The notes beneath the pieces are model-generated. The model was not told where the DNA came from and ran no database searches. It saw only the letters and a list, made by a program, of their open reading frames with translations. Of a DNA stretch of 64,000 nucleotides, positions 62,093-64,000 are shown one piece after another. The position numbers and the translations under genes were made by a program. This stretch comes from Mobula birostris. Lineage: Eukaryota. The stretch is taken from positions 64,609,095 through 64,673,094 of the forward strand of contig NC_092384.1 of assembly GCF_030028105.1 (NCBI RefSeq). The letters are read 5' to 3'. The number at the start of each line of letters is the position of its first letter. Position 1 is the first letter of the stretch.

Positions 62093-64000
62093 TGATGGCT
62101 GTTTCACAAAGGCCAGTCTATTAAGCGCACAGTTCTTTAGAAAGAATTGTTCATTCTTGGTGGTTTCACTTCTAGAATGGACTTTTAAAAAAAAAGTCTG
62201 TCTTTCCTGCTTTCTGAAATGAAATACAAGCAGTTTTCTGCAATTGCTAGAATGTGGTTATTTAGCTAAAGTCTGTTCAAAATGCCATTAAGCCCTTGTT
62301 CTTTTTCCTCCTGCTGTTTATGGAATCCTATTTTTGAATCAATTCAATGGCACTCTACATTGAGTATGCATAAATCTTGAGTGACTTTGTCCCAAGCTCT
62401 ATGAATCAGTGATTCCAAACCTTTATACTGTACTCACTGGCATTTCTATTCCTTGTTAAGGAATACAGTTTAAGATTTTGTTGCCAATCTCGTACAGAAG
62501 ATAAGATCTGCTGCACAGCAAAATGATCTCGGCATTTCTGATTTACCAGCAGTAATTAGTCATTGTAGTTGGTCTTAACCAGAATTTCTCAGAGTATTTG
62601 CAGTGGGCATTGTTCCTACAAATACATTGAAAGCTTTCTTCCAGATTGGTGATGCAGTTTTCTTTATTCTGTGGAATGGTTACAGTAGATGGCAGTGCCA
62701 TTTCTGAGCAAAAAATGCTAAATATTTCAAAGCAAGGTGGTGACTGCAGTTGCTTATATTTAATGTACAGTGGGTCAAACACACATGATTAAATTTAAAC
62801 AACCACCACTACAATTTCCATTTAAAAATTACCTCAGTCCTTCCACTGGATGCAGAATTTGGGCTTCTAATTTATCATTTGTTTATTCAGAGTATTTCTC
62901 CTAATAGAGCCCCTTTTTTTTCCCCTCCATCAAACACCTCACATGCATTCACCCAGTCAAAAGTTGAAAACAAATTTGGGTATTTTTCACTTTTGGGGGG
63001 GATTTGGTGCTGCTGCGTCAGAATTCATTGTCCATCCCTAATTGTCCTCAAAATGGTAGTGTGCTGACTTTGAACCATTACAACTTTACTTATGGGAATC
63101 CCTTCACTCGGATTTAGATTTGAGTGAGCATATGGCAATATTTCCAAGTTAGGGTGTACGACCTGGAGAACTGTAGGTGGGGTGCCGACTCCCCTTATCT
63201 CCTGGGGCTGGGTGATACTGTTGTGTTAGGCTATGAAAATAGATAATACTAGTACACATTTGTAGGTATGCTGCAGTCGTGAAGATAATATACATTTGGA
63301 TTGTAGATGGTCAATCAGTGAATTGGTTTATCCCAGATACGATGAACTGCGTGTGTAATTGGAATTTACTCATCCAGATGAGTGCAATGTATTCAATCAC
63401 TGCTAACCTTAGACGTATTGAATAGTAAATCAATGTCTGTAGGATACCCAGGCTTTGACTTCCTTCTATAGCCACTGGGTATTTGGGGCTTATCCTTGGA
63501 AAATGCTTTGATCAATGGTGGTCATTGGGGGACATTCGTGGCAGTTGCCTTAGCTGTGCTGTCTTGCAGTTGATTAGCTGTCTATTGGAGTTTGTCCTCC
63601 CCCGCCCCCCCCCACATGCTTTTACTTTTATTGTTCTATTCTCTTCCATTGTGTTTGAAGTCCACTTGGAAATGATAACACAATGTGCAAGTTTCCTGTA
63701 CTACAGTGTTAAAATTCACTTGCATGTAAATGTGGTAATCTCGCCTCTAGTGGTAAATGTTCCATCTCTATTATTATGGATATTTTTCTATAGCAGAATG
63801 TATTGTTATTGTTTGTCTGACTGCAGCTTCTGGGTTTCTTTTGTTGCAAAATCAGGATTATGCCGTTATTCTGAAAGGCTGAGTTACTGCTCATATTTTG
63901 TTTTGACAACAAAATCAGCTCTACATTAGGAATGGCCAAAAGGTTCAGTAGCTGGTTCCCACTCAACTGCGTTCTACACTAGAATGCTCCAACTGAACAA

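Noticed and set aside
63483-63929. 148-aa hydrophobic ORF
   Set aside because: TTG start, T-rich low-complexity composition, no motif or splice support.

Overview
Vertebrate genomic DNA, most likely from a cartilaginous fish (inferred from the CR1, Rex1, Penelope and V-SINE repeat content). It is not prokaryotic, and I found no CRISPR, rRNA or true tRNA genes. Two complete spliced genes were rebuilt by hand. COX4I1 lies on the minus strand (non-coding exon 1 at about 18836-18938, four coding exons between 8699 and 13680, 168 aa). EMC8 lies on the plus strand (five coding exons between 44128 and 58252, 201 aa). They are head-to-head as in mammals, but about 25 kb of transposons separates them, and each has its own CpG-rich promoter. 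The EMC8 promoter carries seven helically phased CCAAT boxes. COX4I1 has an X-box and E2F site upstream and a perfect DR4/ERRE in intron 1. At the left edge a small minus-strand exon encodes MGTGMSK, probably the first coding exon of a DUSP22/DUSP15-like gene. The rest is mostly mobile DNA: a full-length degenerate CsRN1-clade Gypsy element, a Penelope element (RT plus GIY-YIG) whose terminal repeats carry a minimal hammerhead ribozyme motif, many Penelope-tail mini-insertions with fold-back ends, a five-level nested transposon stack, hAT, Harbinger and Tc1 non-autonomous elements, SINEs and a solo LTR. All coordinates were counted by eye, and family assignments rest on recognised motifs, not database searches.
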